DNA from: Spirochaetia bacterium
Lineage (GTDB): Bacteria; Spirochaetota; Spirochaetia; UBA9216
Length of the DNA stretch: 64,000 nt
Assembly (NCBI GenBank): GCA_965140585.1
Contig: OZ223265.1
Span: 96,001-160,000 of the forward strand
Direction of reading: 5' to 3'
The position numbers and the translations under genes were made by a program. The notes under the pieces are model-generated. The model saw only the letters and a program-made list of their open reading frames with translations, was not told where the DNA came from and made no database searches. How positions within the stretch are numbered: position 1 is the first letter of the stretch; each line of letters starts with the position of its first letter. Below, in pieces: positions 1 to 9,507 of this stretch.

Positions 1-1
1 C

Positions 2-256
2 AGCCGTTAAAAACTTTTCAAACCTGCTCTGATCGGATTCTGATACAGCATTTGAAACTTTGCTCTGTATTCTCTGCCGTATATATTCTCTGGAGACGCT
101 GAATTCATCTCCGACAGTCTGACCGTTTGGATAACGGTTATCGGAGAATCCAAAAAACATGGATACAATACTTATATCTCTTTCAATATTGAGTTCGTCG
201 CGTTTATTATTTTCTGTTTTTAATACAAGCTCATACAGGTAGTTCTGAAAATTCAT
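2..256 (-). CDS. Partial CDS (runs off the left edge) with an N-terminal sigma70 region-4-like HTH
   Basis: Manual translation from ATG at 256: MNFQNYLYELVLKTENNKRDELNIERDISIVSMFFGFSDNRYPNGQTVGDEFSVSREYIRQRIQ... VGDEFSVSREYIRQ resembles the region-4 motif VGxxFxVSRERIRQ. The frame is open to the edge. Confidence 0.6.
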   Translation of the reverse strand, partial: MNFQNYLYELVLKTENNKRDELNIERDISIVSMFFGFSDNRYPNGQTVGDEFSVSREYIRQRIQSKVSNAVSESDQSRFEKFLTA

Positions 257-341
257 GGTCGGTGTTATATCAGTTCTTTCAATTTAAGGGGAATATAATG
301 TCTTTTAAATCAAATTGACAATTTTAGAATTAGTTCATTAT

Positions 342-628
342 ATGAAAAATGAACAACTATTAGTTAGTTTAATACAGACTTTAAACTCAACAATCAATAT
401 ACCGCTTAAGTATTAACCATATTATCTAAAATGGGCAAAAGAGTTTTTAAAATACTGTAATGAAAAAAATATCAATGATTGATTAAAGAATTTCTTACTT
501 TCTCTTATAAAGACTCCGGAACAGTAACAGATCAGAATGTAAGTGCAACCATAATTTATACTCATGTTGCATCAAAAAACAATCTTGGCGTTCAAAGTCC
601 GCTGGATCAACTTAGGGCGTCAAAATAA
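342..628 (+). pseudogene. intI: Integron integrase (IntI-like tyrosine recombinase) remnant with internal deletion and stop codons
   Basis: 533-628 reads QNVSATIIYTHVASKNNLGVQSPLDQLRASK*, matching the IntI C-terminus (TTMIYTHV...GVxSPLD). 342-536, in another frame, reads MKNEQLL...IPLKY*PYYLKWAKEFLKYC...*LKNFLLSL...EQ*QIR with three stops. Confidence 0.75.
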
Positions 629-638
629 CCGAAAACAG

Positions 639-666
639 TAGACAAACGCCATATTTTTTTTATAAT
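639..666 (+). promoter_or_regulatory. Sigma70-type promoter of the N-acetyltransferase gene
   Basis: TAGACA(639-644)-N16-TATAAT(661-666). Confidence 0.5.
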
Positions 667-667
667 A

Positions 668-1603
668 ATGAGTGTGAAGCAGGAAATTATTCGTTTTAAC
701 ATTGAGAGACAGGATAAAACTGACCTGGATGTAAAAGCTTACCTTGCAAGAATAGGCATCATCGAAATTCCCGAACCGACGCTTGAGAACCTCAGGCTGT
801 TGCAGAGCAGTCATCTGCTTCATGTCCCCTTTGAAAACCTGAATATTCATATTTTCAGTCGTCTGTCACAGGATCCCCAGGAGCTGTTTGAGAAGATAGT
901 GCTTCAGAGACGGGGCGGTATATGTTATGAGCTCAACCTGATGTATATGCTCCTGCTTCAGAAAATCGGTTATGATGTAACATATCATGGAGGCCGGGTT
1001 ACAGACGAAGGAACGTTCTTTGACCACACCTTTATAATAGCTAAAATTGACGGAGCCAAATACATTACCGATGTCGGTTTCGGTGATAATTTTATGTATC
1101 CGATGAAATTTGAAGCAGATTTACTTCACAAAGATCCAAAGGGCGATTTCATGATCGACTATGAAGGCGGCGGTTACTATGCTCTATGGAAAAAGACTCC
1201 GGGAAAACCTGTAAAAGGCTATACTTTTACACTTAATATCCGCAAACCGTCGGATTTTACAGAGCGTAGAATCTTCTACACAACTGATCCTTCATCACCT
1301 TTTCATAAAAACCTTATATGTTCCATTGAAAAGAGGGACGGCCGTGTATCATTAAAACAGTCAAAAATAATGATTACCAACGGTTCACAGCGGTCCCAGC
1401 GTAAAATAGATAACTTTCACCATTATATTACACTTTTGTATGATAACTTCGGAATTGTCTTATCGCCGGATGAAAGACGAAAACTAAAAAAAAGCAGATT
1501 TTGGAATAAAAAGTATAATCAGAGAAAAACTCATGCATTGTTAATGGCCAGTTCTATCCAGCAGACCTTCATCAACAAGATGGGAACTCTGCTGGGAGGA
1601 TAA
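668..1603 (+). CDS. Arylamine N-acetyltransferase family protein
   Basis: VPFENL, RGGICYELN (catalytic Cys), DHTFI (His), DVGFG (Asp). The true start may be the GTG at 674. Confidence 0.9.
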   Translation: MSVKQEIIRFNIERQDKTDLDVKAYLARIGIIEIPEPTLENLRLLQSSHLLHVPFENLNIHIFSRLSQDPQELFEKIVLQRRGGICYELNLMYMLLLQKIGYDVTYHGGRVTDEGTFFDHTFIIAKIDGAKYITDVGFGDNFMYPMKFEADLLHKDPKGDFMIDYEGGGYYALWKKTPGKPVKGYTFTLNIRKPSDFTERRIFYTTDPSSPFHKNLICSIEKRDGRVSLKQSKIMITNGSQRSQRKIDNFHHYITLLYDNFGIVLSPDERRKLKKSRFWNKKYNQRKTHALLMASSIQQTFINKMGTLLGG

Positions 1604-1604
1604 A

Positions 1605-2243
1605 ATGTGGTTCGGAACTTCCGCCAACACAGCTGCTGCTGATATTGCAAATCAGGCAGTACGCGACAGTTCTAATTTTGACTGGACATTCATCGCGATA
1701 TTTGCCGTTGTCGTATATATCTATGCAACGGAAATTAAAAATAAAAATTACCGCTCAGTTGCTGCAGGTCTTGCGCTGTACACAGTTCACTGGTTTTATG
1801 AAATCCTTAATGCCATAATTGCACACTTCTCCGGTTATGCGCTGTGGACAGTATCTCCGGAAAGCACAAGTTTCATCCTTTTGATAGGTGTAAGCTGGGA
1901 ACTTTCGATGATGTTCAGTGTCGCAGGTATAGCACTTTCAAAACTGCTTCCTGAAGACAGGTATATGAAAATACTTGGCATAAACAACCGAATAGCTTTT
2001 GCTGTAGGAAATGCTGCTTTTTTCTCAATATTTGAAGTCTTCCTTGCATCTACGCCGGCATTTATATGGGTCTATCCCTGGTGGGGAGCTGTTCCGGTTT
2101 TTATAACTACATATATCCCGTTTTTCCTGGCCTCATTTCTTGTTTTTGATCTGCCCGGAAAAAAACAGAGACGATTTATAATTTCTGCAGCCCTACTTGA
2201 TGCTCTACTGCTCGCAGTCCTTATTCCAGCCGGAATAATTTAG
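1605..2243 (+). CDS. Polytopic membrane protein of unknown function
   Basis: About six hydrophobic segments; starts 1 nt after the NAT stop, with GGGAGG upstream. Confidence 0.75.
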   Translation: MWFGTSANTAAADIANQAVRDSSNFDWTFIAIFAVVVYIYATEIKNKNYRSVAAGLALYTVHWFYEILNAIIAHFSGYALWTVSPESTSFILLIGVSWELSMMFSVAGIALSKLLPEDRYMKILGINNRIAFAVGNAAFFSIFEVFLASTPAFIWVYPWWGAVPVFITTYIPFFLASFLVFDLPGKKQRRFIISAALLDALLLAVLIPAGII

Positions 2244-2270
2244 TGTATTAAATAATCATGTAAATATTAT

Positions 2271-2299
2271 TTGACAAGAACTCTACTCTCCTATATATT
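2271..2299 (+). promoter_or_regulatory. Sigma70-type promoter of the thioredoxin gene
   Basis: TTGACA-N17-TATATT, followed by an AGGAG RBS. Confidence 0.6.
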
Positions 2300-2328
2300 A
2301 TCATTGTTATATATAGGAGTATTTAAAT

Positions 2329-2730
2329 ATGACCGCCATAATTGCTGTAATAGCAGGAATCGCAATTCTTTTTTTCGGATCTCAATATCTTATCGTCCTG
2401 AAAATGAAACTTAAAAAAGGTAAATCTGCACCTGAATTACCAGGCGTTTACGGAAAGGCTGTAAAGAATAAAAAAACATCGCTGTTCTATTTCTACAGCC
2501 CGCAATGCGGAGCATGCAGAACGATGACTCCGCTTGTTGAGCAGTACACAAAAAATAATTCAAGATGTTTTAAGATCGATATTACCAAAGATTCAAAAAC
2601 AGCTTCAGCTTTTGGAATAATGGCTACTCCATCAACTGCAGTAGTAGAGGACGGGATAATACGTGATTTTATTGTTGGACCGAAGCCTCAGTCGGATTTT
2701 GTGGAGCTGCTTGAGCAGACCAGAAGCTGA
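2329..2730 (+). CDS. Membrane-anchored thioredoxin family protein
   Basis: N-terminal hydrophobic helix, FYSPQCGAC (CxxC), GIMATP cis-Pro motif. Confidence 0.85.
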   Translation: MTAIIAVIAGIAILFFGSQYLIVLKMKLKKGKSAPELPGVYGKAVKNKKTSLFYFYSPQCGACRTMTPLVEQYTKNNSRCFKIDITKDSKTASAFGIMATPSTAVVEDGIIRDFIVGPKPQSDFVELLEQTRS

Positions 2731-2793
2731 ATCGGCTCTAATTACATGGCCATCCGTTTTCAGACCCTCGCACCTCTGAGAACATATCCAAAT

Positions 2794-2828
2794 AGAAAGA
2801 GCAGCCCCTTCATAAGGCTGCTCTTTCT
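2794..2828. terminator. Hairpin between the convergent thioredoxin and tyrS genes
   Basis: AGAAAGAGCAGCC-N9-GGCTGCTCTTTCT, perfect 13-bp arms. Confidence 0.7.
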
Positions 2829-2854
2829 CCTTTATATTCATTCCATGTAAATTA

Positions 2855-4099
2855 CTAACCGGCAATCACTCTGAAATATCTTTTCTTTCCTGCTTTCAGC
2901 AGTATCTCACCATCATTAACTGAATCAGCATTGATTACAGCATCAATATCGGTAATCTGAACATCATTGACTCTGGCACCTCCCTGCTGAACAAGTCTTC
3001 TGGCCTCACCCTTTGATGAACAAAGGTCGGTTTTTGCAAAGAGATCCATAATACCGATTCCGGCTTCAAGCTCTGACATCGGAATCGTAACAGAAGGAAT
3101 GGCATCCTTGTCAGCAGCTCCGCCTCCACTTGTAAATGCGGCCTTTGCAGCTTCAAGGGCCTTATCAGCCTCTTCGTCACCATGGATCAGCTTTGTCTGC
3201 TCATAGGCAAGTCTTTCTTTTGCCCTGTTGATATCGGAACCTTCAAGCTTTTCAAGCTCATCAATCTCCTCGATAGGCAGAAATGTGAAGAACTTCAGGA
3301 ACTTGCCAACATCGGCATCTGCCACATTTCTCCAGTACTGAAAAAACTCATATGGGCTGAACATTTTCGGATCGAGGAAAACCGCGCCCTTCTCTGTCTT
3401 GCCCATCTTCTTTCCGTCAGATCTGGTCACAAGCGGAAAAGTGAGTCCAAAGGCCTTAGCCTCTGCGCCTTCAACACGTCTTATAAGCTCCATACCTGAA
3501 ACAATGTTGCCCCACTGATCGTCTCCACCCATCTGCAGAGCACAGCCGTAATCCTGATGAAGCTTCAGGAAGTCGTATGACTGAAGCAGCTGGTAGTTGA
3601 ACTCAATAAAGTTGAGCCCCTTCTCCATCCGCTGCTTGTATGATTCAAAACTGAGCATGCGGTTAACCGAGAAATGGATTCCTATATCCCTGAGAAATTC
3701 AAGGTAGTTAAGAGGGCCAAGCCAGTCATAGTTATTTACCATGATAGCCTTGCCTTCAGAAAAATCTATAATTTTACCAAGCTGATCCTTGATTGATGAG
3801 GAGTTCTGCTGAATCTGCTCGATGGTCAGCATCTTTCTCATGTCTGACTTTCCGGAAGGATCGCCAATCATGGAAGTTCCACCGCCTACAACAGCGATGG
3901 GCCTGTGTCCGGCAGCCTGCAGGTGATGCATGGCAAAAAAGGGAACCATGTGACCTATATGAAGGCTCGGTCCGGTGGGGTCGACACCGACGTAGAGAGA
4001 AATACTCTCTTCAGACATCAATTTTTCAAGGGCGTCAATATCAGTACACTGCTGTATAAAACCCCGTTCTCTAAGTACTTCAAGGCCTGATTTAGCCAT
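2855..4099 (-). CDS. tyrS: Tyrosine--tRNA ligase
   Basis: GVDPTGPSLHIGH (HIGH), QMGGDDQWGN, KKMGKT (KMSKS-like), C-terminal S4-like domain ending GKKRY. Confidence 0.97.
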   Translation of the reverse strand: MAKSGLEVLRERGFIQQCTDIDALEKLMSEESISLYVGVDPTGPSLHIGHMVPFFAMHHLQAAGHRPIAVVGGGTSMIGDPSGKSDMRKMLTIEQIQQNSSSIKDQLGKIIDFSEGKAIMVNNYDWLGPLNYLEFLRDIGIHFSVNRMLSFESYKQRMEKGLNFIEFNYQLLQSYDFLKLHQDYGCALQMGGDDQWGNIVSGMELIRRVEGAEAKAFGLTFPLVTRSDGKKMGKTEKGAVFLDPKMFSPYEFFQYWRNVADADVGKFLKFFTFLPIEEIDELEKLEGSDINRAKERLAYEQTKLIHGDEEADKALEAAKAAFTSGGGAADKDAIPSVTIPMSELEAGIGIMDLFAKTDLCSSKGEARRLVQQGGARVNDVQITDIDAVINADSVNDGEILLKAGKKRYFRVIAG

Positions 4100-4112
4100 A
4101 TTTTTTTTATCC

Positions 4113-5462
4113 TTATACTACGCGTTTGTAATTTTTAATCGCGGCTTTGATAGTCGGTACGAGCTGATCGATTCCGACACGGACCTGCTCCATCGAATCA
4201 CGGTATCTGAGGGTAACTGTCTTGTCTTCCAGAGTGTCGTAGTCAACAGTTACACAGAATGGTGTTCCGATTTCGTCCTGACGCCTGTACCTTCGGCCGA
4301 TGGCGCCGGACTGGTCATAAAACGTGGTGAAATCGTCACGCAGTTCTTCTTCGATACTGCGAGCCAATTCCGCAAGCCCGTCCTTTTTAACAAGAGGGAA
4401 TACACCGACTGTAACAGGAGCAATATTCGGATGAAATCTCATCACTACCCTGCTGTCCGGATTACCCTTCGAGTCTTCACCGAGATCCTCTTCTTCGTAT
4501 GCATCTGACAGAACCATCAGAACACTTCGGGTAAGTCCCGCGGAGGTCTCAATTACATATGGAATATATCTTTCCTTGGTTTCTTCTTCTAAATAGTTAA
4601 TTTCCTTTCCGCAGTATTCACTGTGCCTTGAAAGGTCAAAATCAGTTCTGTTATGAACACCCTCAAGTTCAGAAAAACCGAAGGGGAAATCAAATTCTAT
4701 ATCGTATGCATCTTTCGCGTAATGTGCAAGTTCATCGGGTCCGTGCTGGTGCCACTGAATCTTTGCAGGATTGATACCAAGCTTGTTGACGTAGTAGTTC
4801 CAGCGCTGTTCTTTCCAGTATTCAAACCATTTCTCATCTTCACCGGGCTTAACAAAAAACTGCATCTCCATCTGTTCGAATTCACAGGTTCTGAAGATGA
4901 AATTCTTGGTGGTAATTTCATTTCTGAATGCTTTTCCCACCTGGGCTATACCGAATGGAATCTTTACGCGGCTTGACTGAACAACATTCTTAAAGTTGAC
5001 AAAAATACCCTGAGCTGTTTCCGGTCTCAAATAAACCACTGAACCGGCCTCTGCAACCGGACCCAAATGAGTCTTAAACATGAGATTGAACTCACGGGGC
5101 TCGGTAAATGTGCCCTTATTTCCGCAGACAGGACAGGCGGCTTCAAGGTCTATATGGTCAGCACGAAAGCGGCTTTTACATTCCTTACAGTCTACCATAG
5201 GGTCGGAGAAGTTCTCAACATGTCCTGAAGCTTCCCAGACACGGGGGTGCATCATAATGGCCGCATCAATACCTACGATATTGTCATGCAGCTGGGTCAT
5301 CTCTTTCCACCATACCTTCTGTATGTTTTTCTTGAGTTCTACACCCAGCGGACCGTAATCCCATGCAGAGGAAAGACCTCCGTAGATCTCGCTTGACTGA
5401 TATACAAAACCCCTTCTTTTACACAGGGATACTAATTGATCCATAGTTACGTTATTTGCCAT
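4113..5462 (-). CDS. glyQS: Glycine--tRNA ligase, alpha2 type
   Basis: [46 protein letters not shown]. Confidence 0.96.
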   Translation of the reverse strand: MANNVTMDQLVSLCKRRGFVYQSSEIYGGLSSAWDYGPLGVELKKNIQKVWWKEMTQLHDNIVGIDAAIMMHPRVWEASGHVENFSDPMVDCKECKSRFRADHIDLEAACPVCGNKGTFTEPREFNLMFKTHLGPVAEAGSVVYLRPETAQGIFVNFKNVVQSSRVKIPFGIAQVGKAFRNEITTKNFIFRTCEFEQMEMQFFVKPGEDEKWFEYWKEQRWNYYVNKLGINPAKIQWHQHGPDELAHYAKDAYDIEFDFPFGFSELEGVHNRTDFDLSRHSEYCGKEINYLEEETKERYIPYVIETSAGLTRSVLMVLSDAYEEEDLGEDSKGNPDSRVVMRFHPNIAPVTVGVFPLVKKDGLAELARSIEEELRDDFTTFYDQSGAIGRRYRRQDEIGTPFCVTVDYDTLEDKTVTLRYRDSMEQVRVGIDQLVPTIKAAIKNYKRVV

Positions 5463-5567
5463 GTTTTACACCTTTTCAGTGGATTGTGTTGTTGGAAAAA
5501 CATCCCGTATCTAAGCGGGATAGACAATAAAATATAATAAATTCACCATTATTTCAAGCTGTAAGTA

Positions 5568-7265
5568 TCAGCCGAGGTCTTCCGCCTTCTTGTTGAGTTC
5601 AGCCAGTTTCTTTGAAAAAAGAAGCTGGATACCCCTTTCTTCTATTATTCCCTTCAGCGAACCGTCCTTTGACAGAACAGGGATGTAGTCAACGCTGTAT
5701 TTACGGAAAAGCATCTTGACTTCATCGGCCGGGGTGTCTTCACTGCAGGTAACTACCGAAGGTTTCATAATATCGTGTGCTAGCAGAAAGTCTGAAAGCT
5801 CAGCAGCCATAAAGGTGTTTTTCAGGTCGTCAATGCTGATAACTCCGGCAAGACTGCCGTCGTTCTGGGTTACAGGAAAGCAGAGTGCTTCATTCTCACT
5901 GAAGATATGAAGAATCCGGCTTACCGGAGCTCCCTCAGGTATTGTGGGAAGGTTATGAAACATAAGATCTTTTGCACTGCTCTGCTTAATAAGATCCTCT
6001 TCTGTAATGTTCAGCCCGGTTTCACCTGCTTTATCCACTGCAAACTTTACACTGATGGGTCCGAGCAGCTGAACAACAAATGTAGTCGCTGTAACTACAG
6101 TCACAATCAAATCACCGATTGGGCCGGTAAAGCTGTCCCCGGCTACAATTGAAAGACCGATTGCAACACCGGCCTGGCTCAGCAGACAGAATGGAAGGTA
6201 CTTATAAACAGTTTTCGGAGCCTTGCTGATAAAGGCACCGGTCTTTGCTCCTATAAACTTACCGCCCGTTCTTCCTACAAGAAAAACTCCGGCAAGAACC
6301 GCAACAACAGGCGTTATCGACCATATATTAAGCTTTGCGCCTACCAGCACAAAGAACAGAACGTATATGGGAGGAGAAAACTTCTGTACAAGAGCAAAGG
6401 TTTCACGGCTTTTACGCGGAGCAAAGTTGGTCATAAAGAATCCCATCGACATAGCCGCAAGAATCATATCTATATCAAGGGCAACACAAAGGCCGCTTAA
6501 AAGCATTATAGCTCCAAGCGAGAATGCAAGAATACGCTCCTCGTTTATAAAGCCCCGGATAAGTTTGCTCAGCAGGTATCCCACTGCAGCTCCTACACCG
6601 ATCGACATTACAATCTCTATTACTATAGAAAGGAGCTGTGAAGCCACCGAAATATCGGCACCCGCGGCGACATCAAGAAATCCGGCCGCGATACTTGTGG
6701 CAAAGGCAAAAAGCAGAAGCGCAACAGCATCATCCATGGCTACAATGCCTAAAACAGTGGTTGTGAGAGGGCCCTTGGTCCGATTTTCCCATAGAACATC
6801 TGTTGTTGCGGCCGGAGCTGTGGCTGAAGATATTGCCCCCAGAAGCAGGCCCAGTGAAATGGCTGTCCCCTGATCCTTCGTTATAATCAGAACAGCAGCA
6901 TATACAAGCAGGCCTACAACAATAAAAGCTGTAATCGCCTCAAAAACAAGAATATATGCGAACTGCTTACCCCGCTGCTTCAGCACCGAAATCTTCAATT
7001 CACCGCCGATTGAAAAACCAATCAGCGAAAGCGCAACAGTACTTACCGGAGCCATCTTTGTAACCATATCGGGACCGATAAACTTAAGCCCCGACTGCCC
7101 AAGAATTACACCGATAACTATGTAGCCTACAACCTGGGGAATCTTTATTTTCTGAAACAGTCTGCCGCCCAAAGCTCCTCCGAAGAGAACGATTCCAAGG
7201 AACAGAACCATATTTACATGAGTAGTTGAAACTGTATTGAATATACCGGAGAAAAAATCAGCCAT
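5568..7265 (-). CDS. Cation:proton antiporter with a C-terminal CBS pair
   Basis: Many TM helices, ATAPAAT, AMDDA, FFVLVGA, SQAGVAIGL, then two CBS-like repeats. Start moved to MADFF at 7265, which overlaps the upstream stop. Confidence 0.88.
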   Translation of the reverse strand: MADFFSGIFNTVSTTHVNMVLFLGIVLFGGALGGRLFQKIKIPQVVGYIVIGVILGQSGLKFIGPDMVTKMAPVSTVALSLIGFSIGGELKISVLKQRGKQFAYILVFEAITAFIVVGLLVYAAVLIITKDQGTAISLGLLLGAISSATAPAATTDVLWENRTKGPLTTTVLGIVAMDDAVALLLFAFATSIAAGFLDVAAGADISVASQLLSIVIEIVMSIGVGAAVGYLLSKLIRGFINEERILAFSLGAIMLLSGLCVALDIDMILAAMSMGFFMTNFAPRKSRETFALVQKFSPPIYVLFFVLVGAKLNIWSITPVVAVLAGVFLVGRTGGKFIGAKTGAFISKAPKTVYKYLPFCLLSQAGVAIGLSIVAGDSFTGPIGDLIVTVVTATTFVVQLLGPISVKFAVDKAGETGLNITEEDLIKQSSAKDLMFHNLPTIPEGAPVSRILHIFSENEALCFPVTQNDGSLAGVISIDDLKNTFMAAELSDFLLAHDIMKPSVVTCSEDTPADEVKMLFRKYSVDYIPVLSKDGSLKGIIEERGIQLLFSKKLAELNKKAEDLG

Positions 7266-7743
7266 CTGCGTTTTCCCCGACTGAATCACCGTTACCTGAA
7301 TTTAAAAGCAGGCTGCATATTTCATCACCATCAACGGCTTTCAGAAGCGCTTCCTTGACACCTGGCGCCTTAAGACGTCCGACAATCATTGAAAGCAGCC
7401 TGATATGCTCCTTGTGCTGATCCTTTCCGACAATAATCATCACTACAATTTTAACGGATTCCCCATCCATTGATTCATAGTCGGAAATACCTGCCGGCTG
7501 AACGCCGATCAGGATAACTGGCTTGCTTATACCCGCAAACCGGACATGAGGTATTGCTATGCCTAGCCCTATACCGGTACTCATCAGCTGTTCACGGTAG
7601 AAAAGCTCCTTCTTGAGCAGTTCGGTATCTATTTTGCGCTTATATTCACCGAGTCTGTCGGCAAGTTCAATTATTGCCTCAGTCTTGGTCTTCTCTTTCA
7701 GTACACAGGAACATTCCCTGTCGAGTATATTATTAAGATCCAT
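7258..7743 (-). CDS. PTS EIIA (Fru/Ntr-type) domain protein
   Basis: REQLMSTGIGLGIAIPH (phospho-His motif), HIRLLS. Confidence 0.9.
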   Translation of the reverse strand: MDLNNILDRECSCVLKEKTKTEAIIELADRLGEYKRKIDTELLKKELFYREQLMSTGIGLGIAIPHVRFAGISKPVILIGVQPAGISDYESMDGESVKIVVMIIVGKDQHKEHIRLLSMIVGRLKAPGVKEALLKAVDGDEICSLLLNSGNGDSVGENADG

Positions 7744-7945
7744 TAGATTCTCCTACGATATAGCTTAATAAGAGAGCCCCTTTGCTGTCAAGTCCCCTAT
7801 AGTCCATTATAGTCTGTTGTTTAATATTATATGCTTACAGTCTGCCCGCCAGATAATCTACTTTATTTAATCATTGATGATTCTCTCTGCTTTATCTATC
7901 CTGATTAAATTTTAAAAATCTCAAATTAATAAATGTATGAGCAAT

Positions 7946-7982
7946 AAAAAAGCTGAATGCAAAAGTAATAATGCATTCAGCT
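7946..7982 (-). terminator. Intrinsic terminator after gltX
   Basis: AGCTGAATGCA...TGCATTCAGCT stem with an A-run on its left (U-tract on the minus strand). Confidence 0.65.
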
Positions 7983-8009
7983 GAATTTGAGTTGATTGTT
8001 CTCTATGGT

Positions 8010-9473
8010 TTAGAGTTTATTTATCGCCAGATCAATCCTGCCAAGAGCCGTATCAAGACCAAGCAGCCTGATAGATGCAAAAAGAGGCGGCGACACCCGG
8101 CTTCCGGTAACTGCAACACGCAAAGGAGCAAGCAGATCCCCCAGCTTGTAGCTGCTTTCCTCGGAAAGAGACTTAAAAGCTTCTTCAAGCTGTTCATCAT
8201 CAAGCTCTCCAACCTTCTCTATAAGCGGACGACCAAGCTGTAGAATCTCTTTTGTAGATGCGGCATCCTGCTTTTTAGGGATAAGCTCCTCAGCTTCGTA
8301 GCCTGAAATGTCCTGAAAAAGGAAGGCAGTCATCGGAACAATGTCGGAAAGAAGCTTCAGCCTCTCCTTAACAATCGGAATAAGCCCATTAATCAGCTCA
8401 CTCTGCCCGGGTGCAGGCGGATTCTCCAGGCATCCCGCTTCAGCGAGGTAGGGGATAATCTTTGCTTTAAGCTCATCATCGCTCAGTTTTCTTATGTACT
8501 GACCGTTAAACCAGTCGAGTTTCTTGTAGTCGAACACCCCGGGAGCCTTGTTCAGCTTGGTAATTGTAAAAAGCTCTTCAAGCTCTTCTTTTGTGAAGAA
8601 CTCACGTGAGTCGTCATAGGACCAGCCTATAAGCGATACATAGTTGATGATTGCCTCCGGCAGGTAACCCTGTGCAATAAAATCACGAAGACTTGTTGAA
8701 CCATGACGCTTCGACAGTTTCTGTCCATCCTTTCCCATAACCATCGGAAGATGGCAGTAAAGCGGCGGCTCCCATTCAAACGCCTTGTATAAAAGTATGT
8801 GAAGCGGTCCTGAGGGAAGCCACTCCTGAGCACGCAGGATGTGAGTAATATTCATATGATGATCATCAATGATATTTGCCAGATGATATGTAGGAAAACC
8901 ATCCGACTTCAACAGTACCGGATCTGGGTTGATATCACGGGTTTTACGCTTAACATCTCCCAGAAGCTCATCATGGAATACAACCATTCCATCCAGAGGT
9001 ATTTTAAAACGTATTACAGGTTTTATCCCCTGTTTCTCATACTCCGCTCGCTGCTCGGCGGTGAGGTCGCGACAGTGCCTGTCATAGCCCTGCTGGGATT
9101 TTTTATCCTTCTGCTGCTCTTCTCGAAGCTTATCAAGTCTTTCAGGTGTGCAGTAGCAGTAGTAGGCCTTCCCCTCTGCAACAAGTTTCTCGGCATATTC
9201 CTTGTACATTTCAAAGCGCTCACTCTGCACATAGGGTCCGCAATCTCCGCCTTTGTCCGGGCCTTCATCCCACTCAATTCCGAGCCACTTGAAAGTATCA
9301 TACAGGTCCTGAAGCGATTCGTCGCTGTAGCGGACCTGATCGGTATCCTCTATTCTGAGTATGAATTTACCGCCCTCGCTGCGGGCGAAAAAATAGTTAA
9401 AAAGTGCTGTTCTAACACCGCCGATATGCTGAAGCCCGGTCGGTGAAGGTGCGTATCTGACTCTTACACTCAT
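8010..9473 (-). CDS. gltX: Glutamate--tRNA ligase
   Basis: RYAPSPTGLQHIGG, LRIEDTD, KLSKR. Confidence 0.97.
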   Translation of the reverse strand: MSVRVRYAPSPTGLQHIGGVRTALFNYFFARSEGGKFILRIEDTDQVRYSDESLQDLYDTFKWLGIEWDEGPDKGGDCGPYVQSERFEMYKEYAEKLVAEGKAYYCYCTPERLDKLREEQQKDKKSQQGYDRHCRDLTAEQRAEYEKQGIKPVIRFKIPLDGMVVFHDELLGDVKRKTRDINPDPVLLKSDGFPTYHLANIIDDHHMNITHILRAQEWLPSGPLHILLYKAFEWEPPLYCHLPMVMGKDGQKLSKRHGSTSLRDFIAQGYLPEAIINYVSLIGWSYDDSREFFTKEELEELFTITKLNKAPGVFDYKKLDWFNGQYIRKLSDDELKAKIIPYLAEAGCLENPPAPGQSELINGLIPIVKERLKLLSDIVPMTAFLFQDISGYEAEELIPKKQDAASTKEILQLGRPLIEKVGELDDEQLEEAFKSLSEESSYKLGDLLAPLRVAVTGSRVSPPLFASIRLLGLDTALGRIDLAINKL

Positions 9474-9507
9474 AAAAAATCCTGCCTTGGTTTCTATTAT
9501 CCGTATT

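Noticed and set aside
257-345. attI site between the intI remnant and the divergent ORF
   Set aside because: Only GTTATAT (264-270) was found. It is a poor GTTRRRY match and faces the wrong way for the divergent gene.
2244-2854. attC sites after the membrane-protein or thioredoxin genes
   Set aside because: No RYYYAAC...GTTRRRY pair; the structures seen are an ordinary promoter and a terminator.
5463-5567. T-box riboswitch upstream of glyQS-tyrS
   Set aside because: The leader is too short and lacks the T-box consensus; only a 6-bp hairpin is present.
6223-6873. 216-aa plus-strand ORF
   Set aside because: Antisense shadow of the antiporter gene with no motifs.
8841-9446. 201-aa plus-strand ORF
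   Set aside because: Antisense shadow of gltX.
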